Shown here: piece by piece, positions 9,501 to 26,572 of the stretch
Layout: the number at the start of each line of letters is the position of its first letter
Numbering within the stretch: the stretch's first letter is position 1
Source of the DNA: Auanema rhodensis
Taxonomy: Eukaryota; Animalia; Nematoda
Assembly: GCA_964057225.1 (NCBI GenBank)
Contig: OZ059894.1
Coordinates: 16,616,001 to 16,680,000, forward strand
Length of the DNA stretch: 64,000 nt
Reading direction: 5' to 3'
The notes under the pieces: generated by a model
Seen by the model: only the letters and a program-made list of their open reading frames with translations
Told to the model about the DNA's origin: nothing
The model's database searches: none
Position numbers and translations under genes: made by a program

Positions 9501-11849
9501 TGAAGATCGGTTAAACATTTAGTATGATGTTAATTGTATGATGAACTACAGAGTACTAATTATATATTAATATTAGTTAAGAAGAAGATATGAAAACAAC
9601 GAAGGCTATATTCTTAAATATCTAATTGGTAAGATTAGTTATAATTGTTTCATAAAGAAACTTAATTATCTTGATTAAATAATGGAACTTAATTAACATT
9701 TCATTTTTAATCATAAGCTTAAAGTGAAATAGCTTATATATTGAAAGATAGTTATCTCCGATATTCGATCTGAAAAAGTAGTTTGGGTTATATCGAGTAA
9801 ACAATGTTGATATAAAGTGATTTTTATTGCTATATCCGTTTTATTTGTTTATAATGGCCTTTATTTTGGGAAGGTAAATGTTTGGTAATCAATAAGAATA
9901 AGATATCAAAATGGCCTAATATACGGATACATAAACATTTGATAAATTTATTACGTAAATTAGAAAAAAACAAATAGCAATATACTAGTTTATAAGTTAA
10001 ATTTTTACAGGATTCAAATGATGTGAACTCCCGTTGTGTCCTGCCGTCTGAATGTGAAAGAAAATGTGATGATCCAATGAAGGTTCGATCAAAATTATTT
10101 GTATAAATTTAACTATTCGCATGCTTATTTCAAGGAATTTGTTACATGTGGCTCATCGTGCCCCATGGCTTGCGACAACCGTCATCCCAAAAGCTGTACT
10201 CCGTGTCAAACAGGTTGTTATTGTAAAAATGGTTGGCAAAATGATGATAATGTACTGTTTTAAATATGAATTATTCAAGGTCTGGTGTTCAAAAACTCAA
10301 CCAACTGGCAAAATTCAATTTGTGTTCGGTTAGAAGATTGTCCACCAATCAAAGAAGAACTAATTCCTGAAACAACACCTATTACTACCACTACAACAAC
10401 TACCAGCACTACAACACCGAGAACAATTGAAACAGAAACGACAACCTTTGAAGAAACAACAACATCTTCTTTCTTAGTATAAACGTCACTATCTATGCCT
10501 TTGAATATAGAAAATATGTTTTAGACTACAACCCAAACACTAACTGGATTAATGATAGAGAAAACATTAGCCATAACTCCACCTATTATTGGTATATTTT
10601 ACTTTTGAATATGTATGTTCATCGTGTATTTATTCCAGGCACAAATGGGCTATCTTCTAGTTGCCCCGTTACGACATTAGATGTAGGGGGTAGAAGCTGC
10701 AATTCGGATGATGATTGTCCTGTTCAACAGGTTGATAGTTTTCTTATTCTCACATTTAATAATTTAATAAAAATGTGGTTATAGTGAACATTTAAAAGTT
10801 TTCCAGCATTGTTGTCGAGCTCTCATTGCATCACTTGGGGTGAATCCACAAAGATGTTCTTGCTCAGATCCTCTAGCAGTTTGGAGTGCCTGTGGAAGTT
10901 TATGCCCAGAGTATTGTGGACAACCCTCGGTACTAACTATTTCAAGCTTATAATTCTCTATTATTCCTTCAGATTCCCGTTTGCTCTTCCACGTGTAACC
11001 CAGGCTGTCAATGTGCTCCTGGATATATACGTGCTCGGAACGATGTAGCTGCTCCTTGTATACCACGTGAAGCTTGTGAAAGTGCTAAAGGTTTAGTTTT
11101 TTATTCATGATCTCTTCTCCTACTCCTATTTTACAGAAGCTTTTCAATTAAACGATACGCCAAGAGCGATAATGAAAGAAATTCCTAGCTTAGTGTCTCC
11201 AACACCAAAAGTAACTCATAGATTGGTAAATACAAAATGATAACATGAACTAGTATATTATTACTTTCTAGGTCGCATCTGCTACTTTGGAAGGTCAAAT
11301 ATTATCAGGACGATTAACGTTCAACAAAGACGAAAATGGCCAGTTGAATATAGAAGGTTTTTATCACAAACGTGACTTAACAATACCATTCAAAAAATGT
11401 AGGTAAACTAGATGGATTAGCACCCGGGCGACATGCTTTGATTTTACACAAATTTGGTGATGCCACAAGAGATTGTTCACGGATAGGACCTCCACATCTG
11501 ATTGGCGGTTCATTAGATCCACCAAATCCAGCTATTATCGATATTGAAGGTTTGCTCATCCACCTCTATATATCCGACGGTAACTGCTGTTTTAATCGTT
11601 CCAGGATCCCATGGCGGATTATCTGAGTTTTCATCAAATGTTAATTGGCCTGCTGAAGAAGTTATCGGCCGCTCTGTAGCTATTTATGGGTAGGTCGCTA
11701 TCTTATTTCTAACCGCTTGAATACCTATGATTGTTAATTCTTCAAGAATTTTTTATGTTTTTTTCAGAATAAGCTTGGATGAATGGCTGCGTAGACCATT
11801 AGAAGAACGTCCACTTGCATGCGGTACTGTAGGATTCACTTACGTATAG
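3502..11849 (+). CDS. Multi-exon secreted Cys-rich protease-inhibitor-like protein: signal peptide, thyroglobulin type-1, WAP, about 6 TIL domains, Thr-rich linker, C-terminal degenerate Cu/Zn-SOD domain
   Basis: MKFRCLILLVPLATA signal; IPQCTEDGKY..QC..CWCV thyroglobulin; GSCP..CNCDEDCYGNKKCC WAP; repeated CG/HSxCPxxC...CxxGCxC TIL units; GLAPGRHALILHKFGD...IGRSVAIY...PLACGTV SOD fold; GT-AG short introns; stop TAG 11847-11849. Confidence 0.85.
7399..7527 (-). ncRNA. H/ACA snoRNA, copy 1 (unique 3' hairpin)
   Basis: Hairpin - H box (AUAUUG) - hairpin - ACA+3 nt, then a T7 run; 5' pocket ACCAGCU/CGUUCUU; 3' pocket GUACAAUC/AUAAGG 14 nt from ACA. Confidence 0.75.
7638..7762 (-). ncRNA. H/ACA snoRNA, copy 2 (divergent)
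   Basis: Same 5' pocket; apical stem replaced by CUGAC/GUCAG; H box AGAUUG; ends ACACUA then UUUU. Confidence 0.72.
7855..7980 (-). ncRNA. H/ACA snoRNA, copy 3
   Basis: Canonical H box AAAUUA; 3' lower stem GAAUUCUU/AAGAAUUC; ACA followed by a U run. Confidence 0.75.
8093..8219 (-). ncRNA. H/ACA snoRNA, copy 4 (amplified type)
   Basis: Same architecture; ACAUCC then T6 four nt later. Confidence 0.7.
8332..8458 (-). ncRNA. H/ACA snoRNA, copy 5 (identical to copy 4)
   Basis: 239-bp period repeat unit. Confidence 0.7.
8571..8697 (-). ncRNA. H/ACA snoRNA, copy 6 (identical to copy 4)
   Basis: 239-bp period repeat unit. Confidence 0.7.
8810..8936 (-). ncRNA. H/ACA snoRNA, copy 7 (identical to copy 4)
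   Basis: 239-bp period repeat unit. Confidence 0.7.
9049..9175 (-). ncRNA. H/ACA snoRNA, copy 8 (two substitutions in the apical loop; distinct upstream region)
   Basis: Plus-strand cattaaag vs cactgaag affects only the loop; upstream sequence is unique but keeps TATA and PSE-like spacing. Confidence 0.7.
9200..9243 (-). promoter_or_regulatory. snRNA-type upstream promoter (PSE-like ACCYATAn4-WRTACGR plus TATA-like box) of snoRNA copy 8; equivalents at 7552-7596, 7788-7832 and 8006-8050 (+239n)
   Basis: Four unrelated spacers all place the motif end 52-53 nt and a TATA-like element about 25-34 nt upstream of the conserved RNA 5' end. Confidence 0.7.
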
Positions 11850-13008
11850 TATCAAAGCATATTGTTATTTTTTTAAAGCATAAAATCTCTCATTGTATGA
11901 ACTGTGGTCTCGATGCTATGTGTTAATCTTTTCCTCGATAATTGTGTTACGTTGCAGTTTTATGAACTAAGACTATTCCATTCATAGAATTGTTTCATTT
12001 TTTATTGAATATGTTTAACATTACAGATCTAACTGATATTCGTCAATTGTTGCACTAGTACTCTCTTTATTGTATCATAGAAATATTATTTTCCAATAAA
12101 AATGCAACTCAATCAATTATATATATATATATGAACCAATGATATCATGATATGTTTGCATGAAAAGAAACTGTAAAATATATGCAAAATTGCCAGCATG
12201 TTGGTCGTTTATACAATCAACATTGATTACTCAGCTGAGCTCTTGCCAAACAACAGATACAAACCTGAAAAACCTTCAAAACCTTTACTATCCAAAGGTG
12301 AAGCTAGTAAAACATTATACTTTATGATACTACTTAGATAACATTAGATACACAACGTATCATAATATTAATAGCTTATCACTCATTATTTGAAACACTG
12401 AAGGATTTTTGTTGAAACACAATGCAAATAGTAATAGATGAATGATAAAGTGATAAGAGCTAAAGTTCTTTCTACTACAACAAACTTTACAGATAAGTTA
12501 TTGAACAAGTCGCTTCTTATTATCTTTACGTAAAACGAAAAACCCCTCAAAAAGGAAAAGGAAATGGCCACATTGGGTTCATGGTCAAATCGCCTAAAAA
12601 AGGGCAAATCAAAAATGATTGAAATATAGGTCAATTGCCGAATACCCAACGAAATATTCTCACCTCTGAAAACTTGTTGAATCAAAGAGTTAAATTTACA
12701 ATTTCTTTCATGTTCGATAGAACATGAACACTTAGAATATGTCGAACAAACACCTAAACATCATTATCTATTTTAACTCGAAGATGAACAACAACGACCC
12801 CATCAGATTAATAAATAAAGGAAAACCTAGGAAATACTGAAACTTCTTTCGCAGTTCACTATATCATTTTTCTTTATTTTCTTACTTATTTGTCCATCTA
12901 TCTCTCTTTTCTATAACATTAACGAAGCGTCTAGTAGATCCTTGTGCTGACTCGACCTAAAAGACTCCGCCCACAAGCGATGGCGTGCTCTCATTGGTTA
13001 ATGGTGGA

Positions 13009-13075
13009 CGTGGCCCAATAACCAAACGCCCTCTCAGCTAGTGCGTTGCTTCCCGATCTTCCATTGCCATATAAA
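13009..13075 (+). promoter_or_regulatory. Calreticulin promoter: ERSE-II (CGTGG-C-CCAAT, i.e. ATTGG-N-CCACG on the minus strand) overlapping a GACGTGG XBP1/ATF6-type core, plus TATAAA at 13070
   Basis: Exact match to the ERSE-II consensus at 13009-13019 upstream of an ER chaperone gene. Confidence 0.65.
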
Positions 13076-13302
13076 TTTAGTATACGTCCTCTGCTTCATC
13101 CTGTCAGCATGTGTGGCTGCGAACCTGGTCTGATATTTGCGACCAGTTTCAAGCTTGAAGTCAGAATGTCAAATATTTTTAACTCTTTTCAATGCTTATG
13201 TATTACTTTTGTGCTCAAATCTCTTAACTATTGTTGAAAATAACTGTTCTTTATATCTTGACACGTTTGTTTCTAGGAATCTACTTGGTTGATTTCTCGA
13301 CC

Positions 13303-14628
13303 ATGAGAACGTTTGTCGTTTTATTGGCCGTTGTTGCCGTAGGATTTTCCGAAGTTCTCTTCAAGGAAGAATTCAATGGTTAGTTGTTAATGCTATGCTT
13401 TGTTCTTATTCTTATTTAATTTAGATGATTCCTGGGAGAAAAGATGGATTCAATCTAAGCATAAGGATGATTACGGAAAGTTCGAGTTGAGCGCTGGAAA
13501 GTTCTTCGGAGACAAGAAGAGAGATCAGGGTATCAAGACTTCTCAAGATGCCAAATTCTACTCTCGCGCCGCATCTTTCCCAAAGGCTTTCTCTAACAAA
13601 GGAAAGAGTGTTGTTATCCAATTCACCGTCAAGCACGAACAAGGAATTGATTGCGGAGGAGGATACGTAAAGGTTATGCGCTCTGACGCTGATCTTTCCG
13701 ACTTCCACGGAGAAACCCCATACAATGTTATGTTCGGTCCCGATATTTGCGGACCAACCAAGAAGGTTCACGTTATCTTCTCATACAAGGGAAAGAACCA
13801 TTTGATCAAGAAGGACATCAGATGCAAGGTATTTTATTTATATTTTTAATCTGTATTAATTACTTTCTTTAAGGATGATGAACTCACTCACTTGTATACC
13901 CTCATCCTCAACCCAGACAACACCTACGAGGTTCAAATCGATGGAGAGAAGGTCGAAGGAGGAGAACTCGAATCTGATTGGGATATGCTTCCAGCTAAGA
14001 AGATCAAGGATCCAGATGCAAAGAAGCCTGAAGATTGGGATGAGCGCGAGTACATTGATGACCCAGAAGACAGCAAGGTAAACATTTACTTTCTGTATTG
14101 ATTGTAATTTTCCTTGTTTAGCCAGAAGATTGGGATAAGCCAGAGCACATTCCTGACCCAGATGCTAAGAAGCCCGATGATTGGGATGATGAGATGGACG
14201 GAGATTGGGAACCACCAATGATCGATAACCCAGAATACAAGGGAGACTGGAAGCCAAAACAAATCAAGAACTCCGAATACAAAGGAAAGTGGATCCACCC
14301 TGAGATCGACAACCCAGAGTACCAGCCAGATGATGAACTCTACCTCTATGAAGACTGGGGAGCAATTGGTTTTGATCTCTGGCAAGTTAAGGCCGGAACC
14401 ATCTTCGGAAACGTTCTTGTCGCTGATTCTGTTGATGATGCCCAAGCTCACGCTGCTGAAACTTTCGACAAGTTGAAGGTTGTTGAAAAGGAGCTTAAGG
14501 AGAAGGCTGATGAAGAAGCCCGTAAGAAGCTCGAGGAAGAGGAGAAGAAGAGAAAGGAGGAAGAAGAGTCCAAGAAGGACAAGGAAGAAGATGAGGAAGA
14601 ATCCGAGGAAGGACACGATGAACTTTAA
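13303..14628 (+). CDS. crt-1: Calreticulin
   Basis: Signal peptide; KHEQGIDCGGGYVK and MFGPDICG motifs; P-domain KPEDWD repeats; acidic tail; C-terminal HDEL; 3 introns. Confidence 0.98.
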
Positions 14629-14985
14629 ACTTATGTGACATTTTCCAATTTTCGGGTCGGGTGACTGCTAAACCCATCTAGTGGTCTCAAACCCTATATT
14701 TATTTTTGTTCAGGTTTTTGTTGTTTACTCTGTTCATTAAAGAACTTAGAGATCATGTAATAAATTATTTGTTCCTAATAACGTTATTATAATAATGCAA
14801 TCTGAGAATTATAATTTATTGTTTAAGTGACTTAGTCTTTCGTTGCGGGAAAAAATTTGAATTTTTAATGGGGCACGCCAATTGGTGCAGTGCCAGGTTT
14901 ATTTTAAAATAATTTTTTTGAGAAGCGGCTGTGCACTTAAGGATTTTTCCACAAACTGGTTTTCTAAAAATTAATTTTTGGGGAA

Positions 14986-17422
14986 ATGGTATACTTCTTC
15001 TGTTATTGTTTTCCACAAAGATTTATAGGTATCCCAAGACGAAGCAGCCATAAAAAGGCGAAGAGTTGATGACTCAATTAACATTACAATTTTCAAGGAA
15101 TTTAAAGATGACGTTGATGATATAGAAAAAAGGTAATAGCTCTACTTACTTCTCCATTTGGAACATTTTTGTTCAGAGCTTCTCTGTGTACCAAATTAAA
15201 CGATAATTTGACAAAATCGTTCTCTTATAATCGTGTAGTCGATGAAGATGGTTTGCAATATTTTTTTGTACAATCAATCTCGATATATATGCTTTTTAGT
15301 CATCCGAGGTTATAAAGAAGTCATTGAAGTTAACAGAGATAATATTAATAATACACTTTCGGAATTGACAAAAAAATTAGAGGCTTTGAATATTCAGAAA
15401 GAGGAAAATTTTGAAACTAGACAGAAAAAAGGTTTGTAGTATATTTTAAATTGTGAAAAGTATGGAATAATTAAGTTATTTCGCAAATCAAGAATATTTC
15501 CATTATTGGTTGTTCGCTAACATCTGCCTATGAACTACTGTTTCGTACTGCCAAAGAGTCTAAGGTAGTAAAAAAGGTTAACTATAGAAAAATTCAAAAA
15601 TTACAGGATACTTTCGATAATCTTGAATATTCCTTGCGTAGAGATTATGATGAATTAAAAATGAAATCGGAAGAACTCAAGCGTAAAGGAAGTAAGCTTT
15701 TTTTTAAATATATTTTACTCTGATATATAAGCATAATCTACTTCAGATCGTATCCAAGAAGACATTTCTAGAATTTCTGTAGATGAACAAAATGAATTAG
15801 AACAAACAGCTATTTATAGAGATTTTACTACTACAGAATCGGTAATTAAAAATTTTAGTTAGTTTTATTGTATACTTGAGTAATTAAGGAACAAATAACA
15901 TATGAAAATAATGCTGAAGCTAGGGCTAAGGAAGAATTTGATACATGTTCGAAAGAGTTGGAAAAAAACGAAATTGCATTAGAAGAATTGCAGAAACGGA
16001 GAGCAGAGTTAATATCTGCGAAATCGGAAATACAAAAAAAAGTTTCCAAGAATAACTTACTTCAATAATTTTTAAACTTAGATAGACGAATTGTGTACAG
16101 ATATCGCTTCAGTGCAGGAACAAATTTTAGAGCAGGAAAACGAATTAAAAAGCTTACCGAATGAAAATACTAATGAAGTGAATTTTATTTTCAATATATA
16201 GAACATTTTTTCTTCTCTTAGGATTTAGAAGAAAACCAAGTGGAGAATGTCATCAAGAAACAAGAGGAAGAAATCATTTCTGTGAAACAGCTTATAGAAC
16301 ACTTGAAGACAGAGTTGGAACTGACAGATAGTACAAATGTTGATGATATTTTGATTCAGTTGGGAGGTATTTTCATAATAACATCATACATTATTGTGAA
16401 TTCTTAAAAGAAACTTATAATGGACTGACCGAAGGTTTAAATGATTTCAAGTCAAATTTAGCTGAACTAGAATTGATAAAGGAGCAAAAAGAGAAAGAGG
16501 TACTGTATTTCGCATTTTTAATTTTCTGAGATTGTTATACCAACCTTTAGGAGAAATTGCTGCTGGATGAACTTCGCAATGAAGAACAGCGAACTACTCA
16601 ACAATTTTCTGAAATAAACGTTTCCCGCCAGAAAATGGAGCAAAGTAGAGATGATGAACTCCTAACTATTCATACTGTACTTACGTAACAATTAATCTCT
16701 CTATATACAAGATTTTAGATCCAGCAAGATGTGGCTGCTTTAAGAAGTAAAATTGAAGTGTTGGAAAAAACCAAATTTGCTAAATTGACTATTTACCAAG
16801 ACAATACCTCAAACAAAAATCTTTCGCATTCGAAAACTATTACGGATTATCATACTCCTGTAACTGCAGAGCCGGTTAAGGAAATAGAAATTCGAGCCAA
16901 GCCTAAATATTCAAGTGATGGTAAGTGCTACATTGTATTTCGATTGAAATATTTTTTCAGAGGAAGATATTTCATCATATGTTCCTGAAGTTGATGGAGT
17001 TATATCATTTTCCCCTAAAACCATGAACAAAAAAAAACGAAAGGAAACGAAACCCCCTCAAAAGAAATCTAGACGAAGTGTAGGTTTTCGAGGCTATCTT
17101 ACCCTGACGGAGTATGCAATCGATTGATTTGACTCCTTTACAGGCCCGTTTAAAAAGTCAGCCTCAAGAAGTGCAAGAAAAGAAAATAAAGAGTGTGTCT
17201 TCAAACAACAGTCTCTCACCTATACAAGCAGATAACCTCATTGAAGAACGCTTTCCTCATGATCTATTCTTCATTCCTTCTGAAGACATAAGTAAGTTCT
17301 ACGTCGTGAATGAGTTTTACGCTTGTCTTTTTTAAGATGATGGAACAAATCCGACAGCAAACGTATCCGGTTTTGATGCTGAAGATGACTTAAATACAAC
17401 ATTCGGGTCAATGTTATTTTGA
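14986..17422 (+). CDS. Uncharacterised multi-exon coiled-coil protein with a basic N-terminal NLS-like motif and a disordered acidic C-terminus
   Basis: ATG-only first coding exon then VSQDEAAIKRRRVDD; E/K/Q/L-rich exons joined by ~45 nt introns; ends DAEDDLNTTFGSMLF*; AATAAA at ~17526. Confidence 0.7.
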
Positions 17423-18829
17423 TAATGAAATTCGTGCAAAAACGCTATATTTTGTAAATTATTACTTTTTCTTTTCTGAAATCTGTATTCCTTCTGTACT
17501 ATATTTGTATTCTTGTTTTGTTTTTAATAAATTTCCTAAATATCCCCTAATTTTCATGTCTAATCTTTGAAATCCCAATGAATCTGACGTTCCCTACGAC
17601 TATCGATATAGTTGAAGTGTTGCAGCGCACTGCGTCAAGCGGCTGCTCTCGACTGCAACATTTTCTTCGAATTATTTGCTTTGGCCGTCCCTCTCAAACA
17701 ATACTGAAGCACACCGGATTAACGCACTTTTCAGTCACCTATCAATGGCCTAATTGAAGAAGTATAGTTTAAAATTTATGGTGTTCCAAAAGGCATCCGA
17801 ATTTTCAACCGTGACATAAGGCCTTAGATACCAAATGCAAAGATCAAGAAACCCCGGGGGTGCGAACACATACAATTCCTCATTGATGTCGTCTCTATGA
17901 TCACCCAGTATACCACCAAATGTCATACAGTCACCACAGCAGCTATACGACCGATATCCTCCCATCACACATGTGTCAGTCGGATTGTCAACGAACATCT
18001 GTCAAGGCTAACTAAGATACCAATCTTCGATTGCTACATAATGGGATCCGACCCCGACCCCATCTTCGGACGGGAGGGGGACGGACGGACGGACGGACGG
18101 ACGGACCGACGGTTTCCACCATCGTCGTGTTCGCCAGCACCACGACATCAACATACTCGCGGCGGCGACCGCGGACCCCGACCTTGCGCAGCGACGATCG
18201 ATGATGACCGCTCTTCGTATTTGAAAAAGGCGCCAAAACTAGTGCGACGTCGAGTTGGCGCCCTTTTCTTTGTGTATGTTGACTGCTGTGCTGTACTGCC
18301 CAACATTTCTCATCGCTGTGCCGCCGTCGACATTTTCTTTTCTTATTTTTCTTAGCAACTGTCTTTTGCTATTCTATTCGAAGATTCCCTCTATTTCTGT
18401 TTAGTGGTGTAGTCCACGATGATGTTTCGTTATTGCTCGTTGCTTTCTATTTGTTTGTTGTGTAATAATGTGGCTGCTCTGCGGTGCTTCTGCGGCTGCC
18501 ATCCCTTTCTCTCATTCGATGATATTTCTCTCTTGTCTAGTCACTGTCTCACGATTTTTGCTTTTCTGATTGTATGGGGCTGTTCTAAGAATTGGCTATC
18601 GGCGGCTGCTGTTTGTTACACTGCGTATAAGACGAATATCCCTCCCCTTGTGTTGTGCTATTATCGTTTTGAGTTTAATTTGCCTTAGGTTTCTCGATTG
18701 CATAACAAAGTTGCAAGGGTGCAATACATTTTATTTGAACCCGGGATAATTGAGAAAGTAAATGCAATAAAAAAAGCGGGAGGGTTGGCTGTAGATTTGT
18801 AGATAGAAGTTTGGCAGTAGGCGATTGCT

Positions 18830-20232
<1,403 letters not shown>

Positions 20233-20532
20233 CTAAAGATACAACGCGTTCTCCGAATTGCTCGAATGCACCCGCTCCGCCTCTTATCGCCGCCCTCGCA
20301 AAAGATGCCAGTTGAGAACACCCTCGTATTTTCCGAGAACCAGCTAGGCATCTGTCGCCTATCCCTTTTTTACAGCTGATAGAGAGATCTCTTTTCTTAC
20401 AATTATATCTCTTCTTTTTGTCTTATCCCTCCTACACTTTATGATGTTTCGCTTTTTCTCTATGATTTCTCTGAATTCTCCTTTGACTGTTTGTATATAT
20501 ACGCCGATAATAACTGTACTGTTCATCATTAA

Positions 20533-21852
<1,320 letters not shown>

Positions 21853-23825
21853 TTCCCAAAATTCACTGCTTATTATTCGTTACGGATTGGCATTTTACTG
21901 TTTAACTTTTCTTGTAAATCCTGAGCATAATAAACCATTCCGATGCTTATATTATTGTTTTTAATTTGTATTGGGGGAGTGTTGATACTCCATTGCTCAT
22001 ATCTTGACGCAGACATGTGGAGTGGGCGTGGCCTATGAACCGTGTTTATGGAAGAGTATATGTAAAGTTGGTTGCCTGTGGCGATCGCTTAGTGTCTTGT
22101 CGAATACTAGGAATAATGTGTAATATCCTGCCAAGCAGATCTGATCCTGTTCTAAGAATTCACAGATGATTTGTTTCGGGTGGAACCGACAAACATCTAT
22201 TACAGCAAACTCTGCCACATGGAGTCTTTTTTCTAATGAAATTCTACGGGGGAGCAAAACGGAGTAGATACTGGGAAAAGCTTGAAAAACCTACAACAAT
22301 AGTTTCTAGGAATAATGTAGGGATGAGGGATGCATTTCTTGATCTAGACCACAGATTAGACAGATGATTGTCATAATTTAACTAGATCAGTCAACGAATA
22401 AGCAGGCTTATATACAACAGATTAACTCTTCTGAAATAAAAGCAATAGAACCCTTTTACATTCTAACGACAATGACTTATCGAAACCTTAACAGAGCTGC
22501 AGACCAAATAGTAGAGTAGATACCGTTTTGCAAACAGATATCTGTTTAAATGTAGCGCTCTGTTCACGGAACAACTACTGAACAACTTCTTAAATAAATT
22601 CGTCCTCATTCCTCTCCAGTCTTCCAGACATTCTGAGAATTGTATCTTACTTTCCACTTGTCATCTTTTTCCAATTTTTCTCTCACACGCAATCATTTTT
22701 TGCTAATCATTCATATGGTTAAATGAAACGTAATATTTATTATATTGCTCTATTTTTAGGAATACTTCAGTTTTTCATAATAAAATATAAATTCATTTTT
22801 TTTCGTATATGTAAGAACACTATATTGATGGCATTTCCAGATTGAACTTTGATATCACATGTTATATACAAGATATTCGTCCTTGTTAAAAACGGAGTGG
22901 GAAAGATGTTTAGGTAAACGTCCCCAATCACTCTTTGTTCGTCCGTTTATTCTTCATGGTAGCTCTGTAATATTTGCCATGAGCGTCTTTTTTCGTTGCG
23001 TTCATGCTTCTCAGAACCTCGCGAGATTATCATTGTTTGTTCGCGGTCTACACACTAGGCTTCCCACTTGCTACTAACATCATCACGAATAATTGAAGAG
23101 GAGTACTTTTTGATTCGTTCTTATACTATACGATATTTTCTTGTATTTCTGTACGAAGTTTATGAATTGGTTCGGTTGTCACAACTGTAGATTTTCTTCC
23201 ACGTAGGACCTAAAATTTGAAACAGTCATGTTGTCGTTTGTGCGGGAGGCTGACGCTTCGTCATACGTGCGCGGTACCACGAAATTGAAAATGATTCATT
23301 CAACAGCGTTCTTGTATTTCGGATAATTTTTCTCTCTTTTGCGATATTAGTCGCATTCATGCCAATGTCAGGCTGATCAGTTAAAGTGATTCCTTAAAGA
23401 CAGGCGCTCACTCGAGCTATCTTTCCTTCTCTTGAACTTCTTTTCTGTTGTATTCTTTGACTATTTTCTAGTGTAAGCTGGGATTGTGGCATCAAAGTGG
23501 GCATGTGTTCTGTGATTGTCTGAGCTCTCCCAAGCAACATCATCACTATACTTCTCCGCTCTCGGTGCCTGTGCTGTGTAAACCCCCCCGGTCCTCCGCC
23601 TACACCCGTCCTAGCCGACCCACTCATGCACCACTCCTTCCGATGCCGGGGACTTAAATGTCGCACCACCCAGCTCCTCTGATTAGTCTTCAGTTGTTAG
23701 TGTTACATGTTCGTCGGTCGTGCGCGGTTCGGCTCAGTTTGACTTAATATTTCGTTATGCTTTGTCTTATTTCTATGTTAGCAATTTTATTTATTATTAC
23801 TGTATAACTGTATAGGAGTCAATAA

Positions 23826-25139
<1,314 letters not shown>

Positions 25140-26572
25140 ACAGCTCACTTTTTATCACTTATCATATTCCTGCCATTCACTTTGTCCATATTGTTTTCTG
25201 AAGAATTCTAGCAGAAGTTCGTATAAACATGTCGGATGTACTTACAATTTCAGTTATGACATATCATTTTTTTACACGATTGGTACAATCTTAAGTAGTT
25301 TACACAGGGGGGAAGGGTATGTTTTCAATGCAAGACTAGGTTTCGAGACAATATTATTCATTAATCTCAGCACTCTGAGCTCTTGCGTTTGTTTAATTGC
25401 GGTTAAAAAAGTTTCTTTGTTTTGAAATCCACTGTGCTACAAACGGTTTCTGATCTTTATCTTGATCATTTCCTAGAAACGGAATATAGAAAAAATTTTG
25501 GATTGCTAATTCAAAAAAAATGATCGGCTATTTAATCTAGAACTGAGGAGATTGATGCGGGTTTGTCCATTTATTTGTGTAAACTGTTAATGTAATTCTG
25601 ATGTTTCAGTTAGAAAAGACTCAATGATATTACATTAATTGTTTTGTAGTATGTATGAATCATATTTCTTCAAATAAGCAAAAATAAACATAAAATTGTG
25701 AAACATAGGATTCATGTGATTCATCCGGAATTCTTGTTTCGTGAGCCATCTCTGTACACTGAATGTTGACATGGTATTGACGTACAAACTGCATAAACTA
25801 TGATTTCTTCATTCCCGAGAAATTTTTCAGAATTTCTAACTTTACATTTTGGGAAACGATTTCAAACATTAGTAAATCAGATCAAGATTATTTTTTTTGT
25901 TTTATTATAGGTCTTCACGAAGGAAAAATTATACAAAAATGTATAGTCATAAAATTTTCTAGTTGGAAGAAAATATATTTAATTTAGAGATAAGACCGTG
26001 TCTTTACATCAAAATCATTTAGAGCATTATACAGACACGACAATTTTCTGAAACATTAATAAAATTGAAAATTAGTCCATGCTTCGTTATTCGACGTACA
26101 GTACTGCAATGTTACCAGGATTGATATAGTCTGATGTTCATATTTTTCTTTGTCACATTCCCTGACTGATCTTGGTTTTGAAAGTGTATGATGCTTTAAA
26201 AAACGTAGTTGAAGTAAGTTAGTCAGTAAAGTATTTTAACATCTTATTCTTCTAGTTTCCTATCCAACCAAATTAATATTAGAGAATTTAATTGATAGTT
26301 AGAACAAGCGAACTTTGATTTTTGATGGTCCATTTAAATATTTAGCACTACTAGTTCCGCCGTTGCACTCATGGTATTAAAAACGATCCTAACAAGCTAT
26401 GTAAAGCTTTTGAACGCCACACAGAAAATGTGTCAATAGCGGGAATGCGCATAGTATGTTAAATTTAAAAGAAATGAAGTAATGCAAATGTAAGTATCGT
26501 TATGCTGTACAAGTTTGATTTAGAATTTCATAATTTGTTTCTGAAAGATTCTTTTAAATATGTTTTCAGAAC

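Noticed and set aside
12190-12870. Possible small minus-strand gene upstream of calreticulin (ORF 12386-12685)
   Set aside because: Splice-like signals are present, but I could not build a consistent ATG-to-stop model or recognise a domain.
17897-18355. 152-aa plus-strand ORF
   Set aside because: Runs through a (GGAC)n microsatellite and a GC-rich promoter-like island; no splice structure or recognisable homology.
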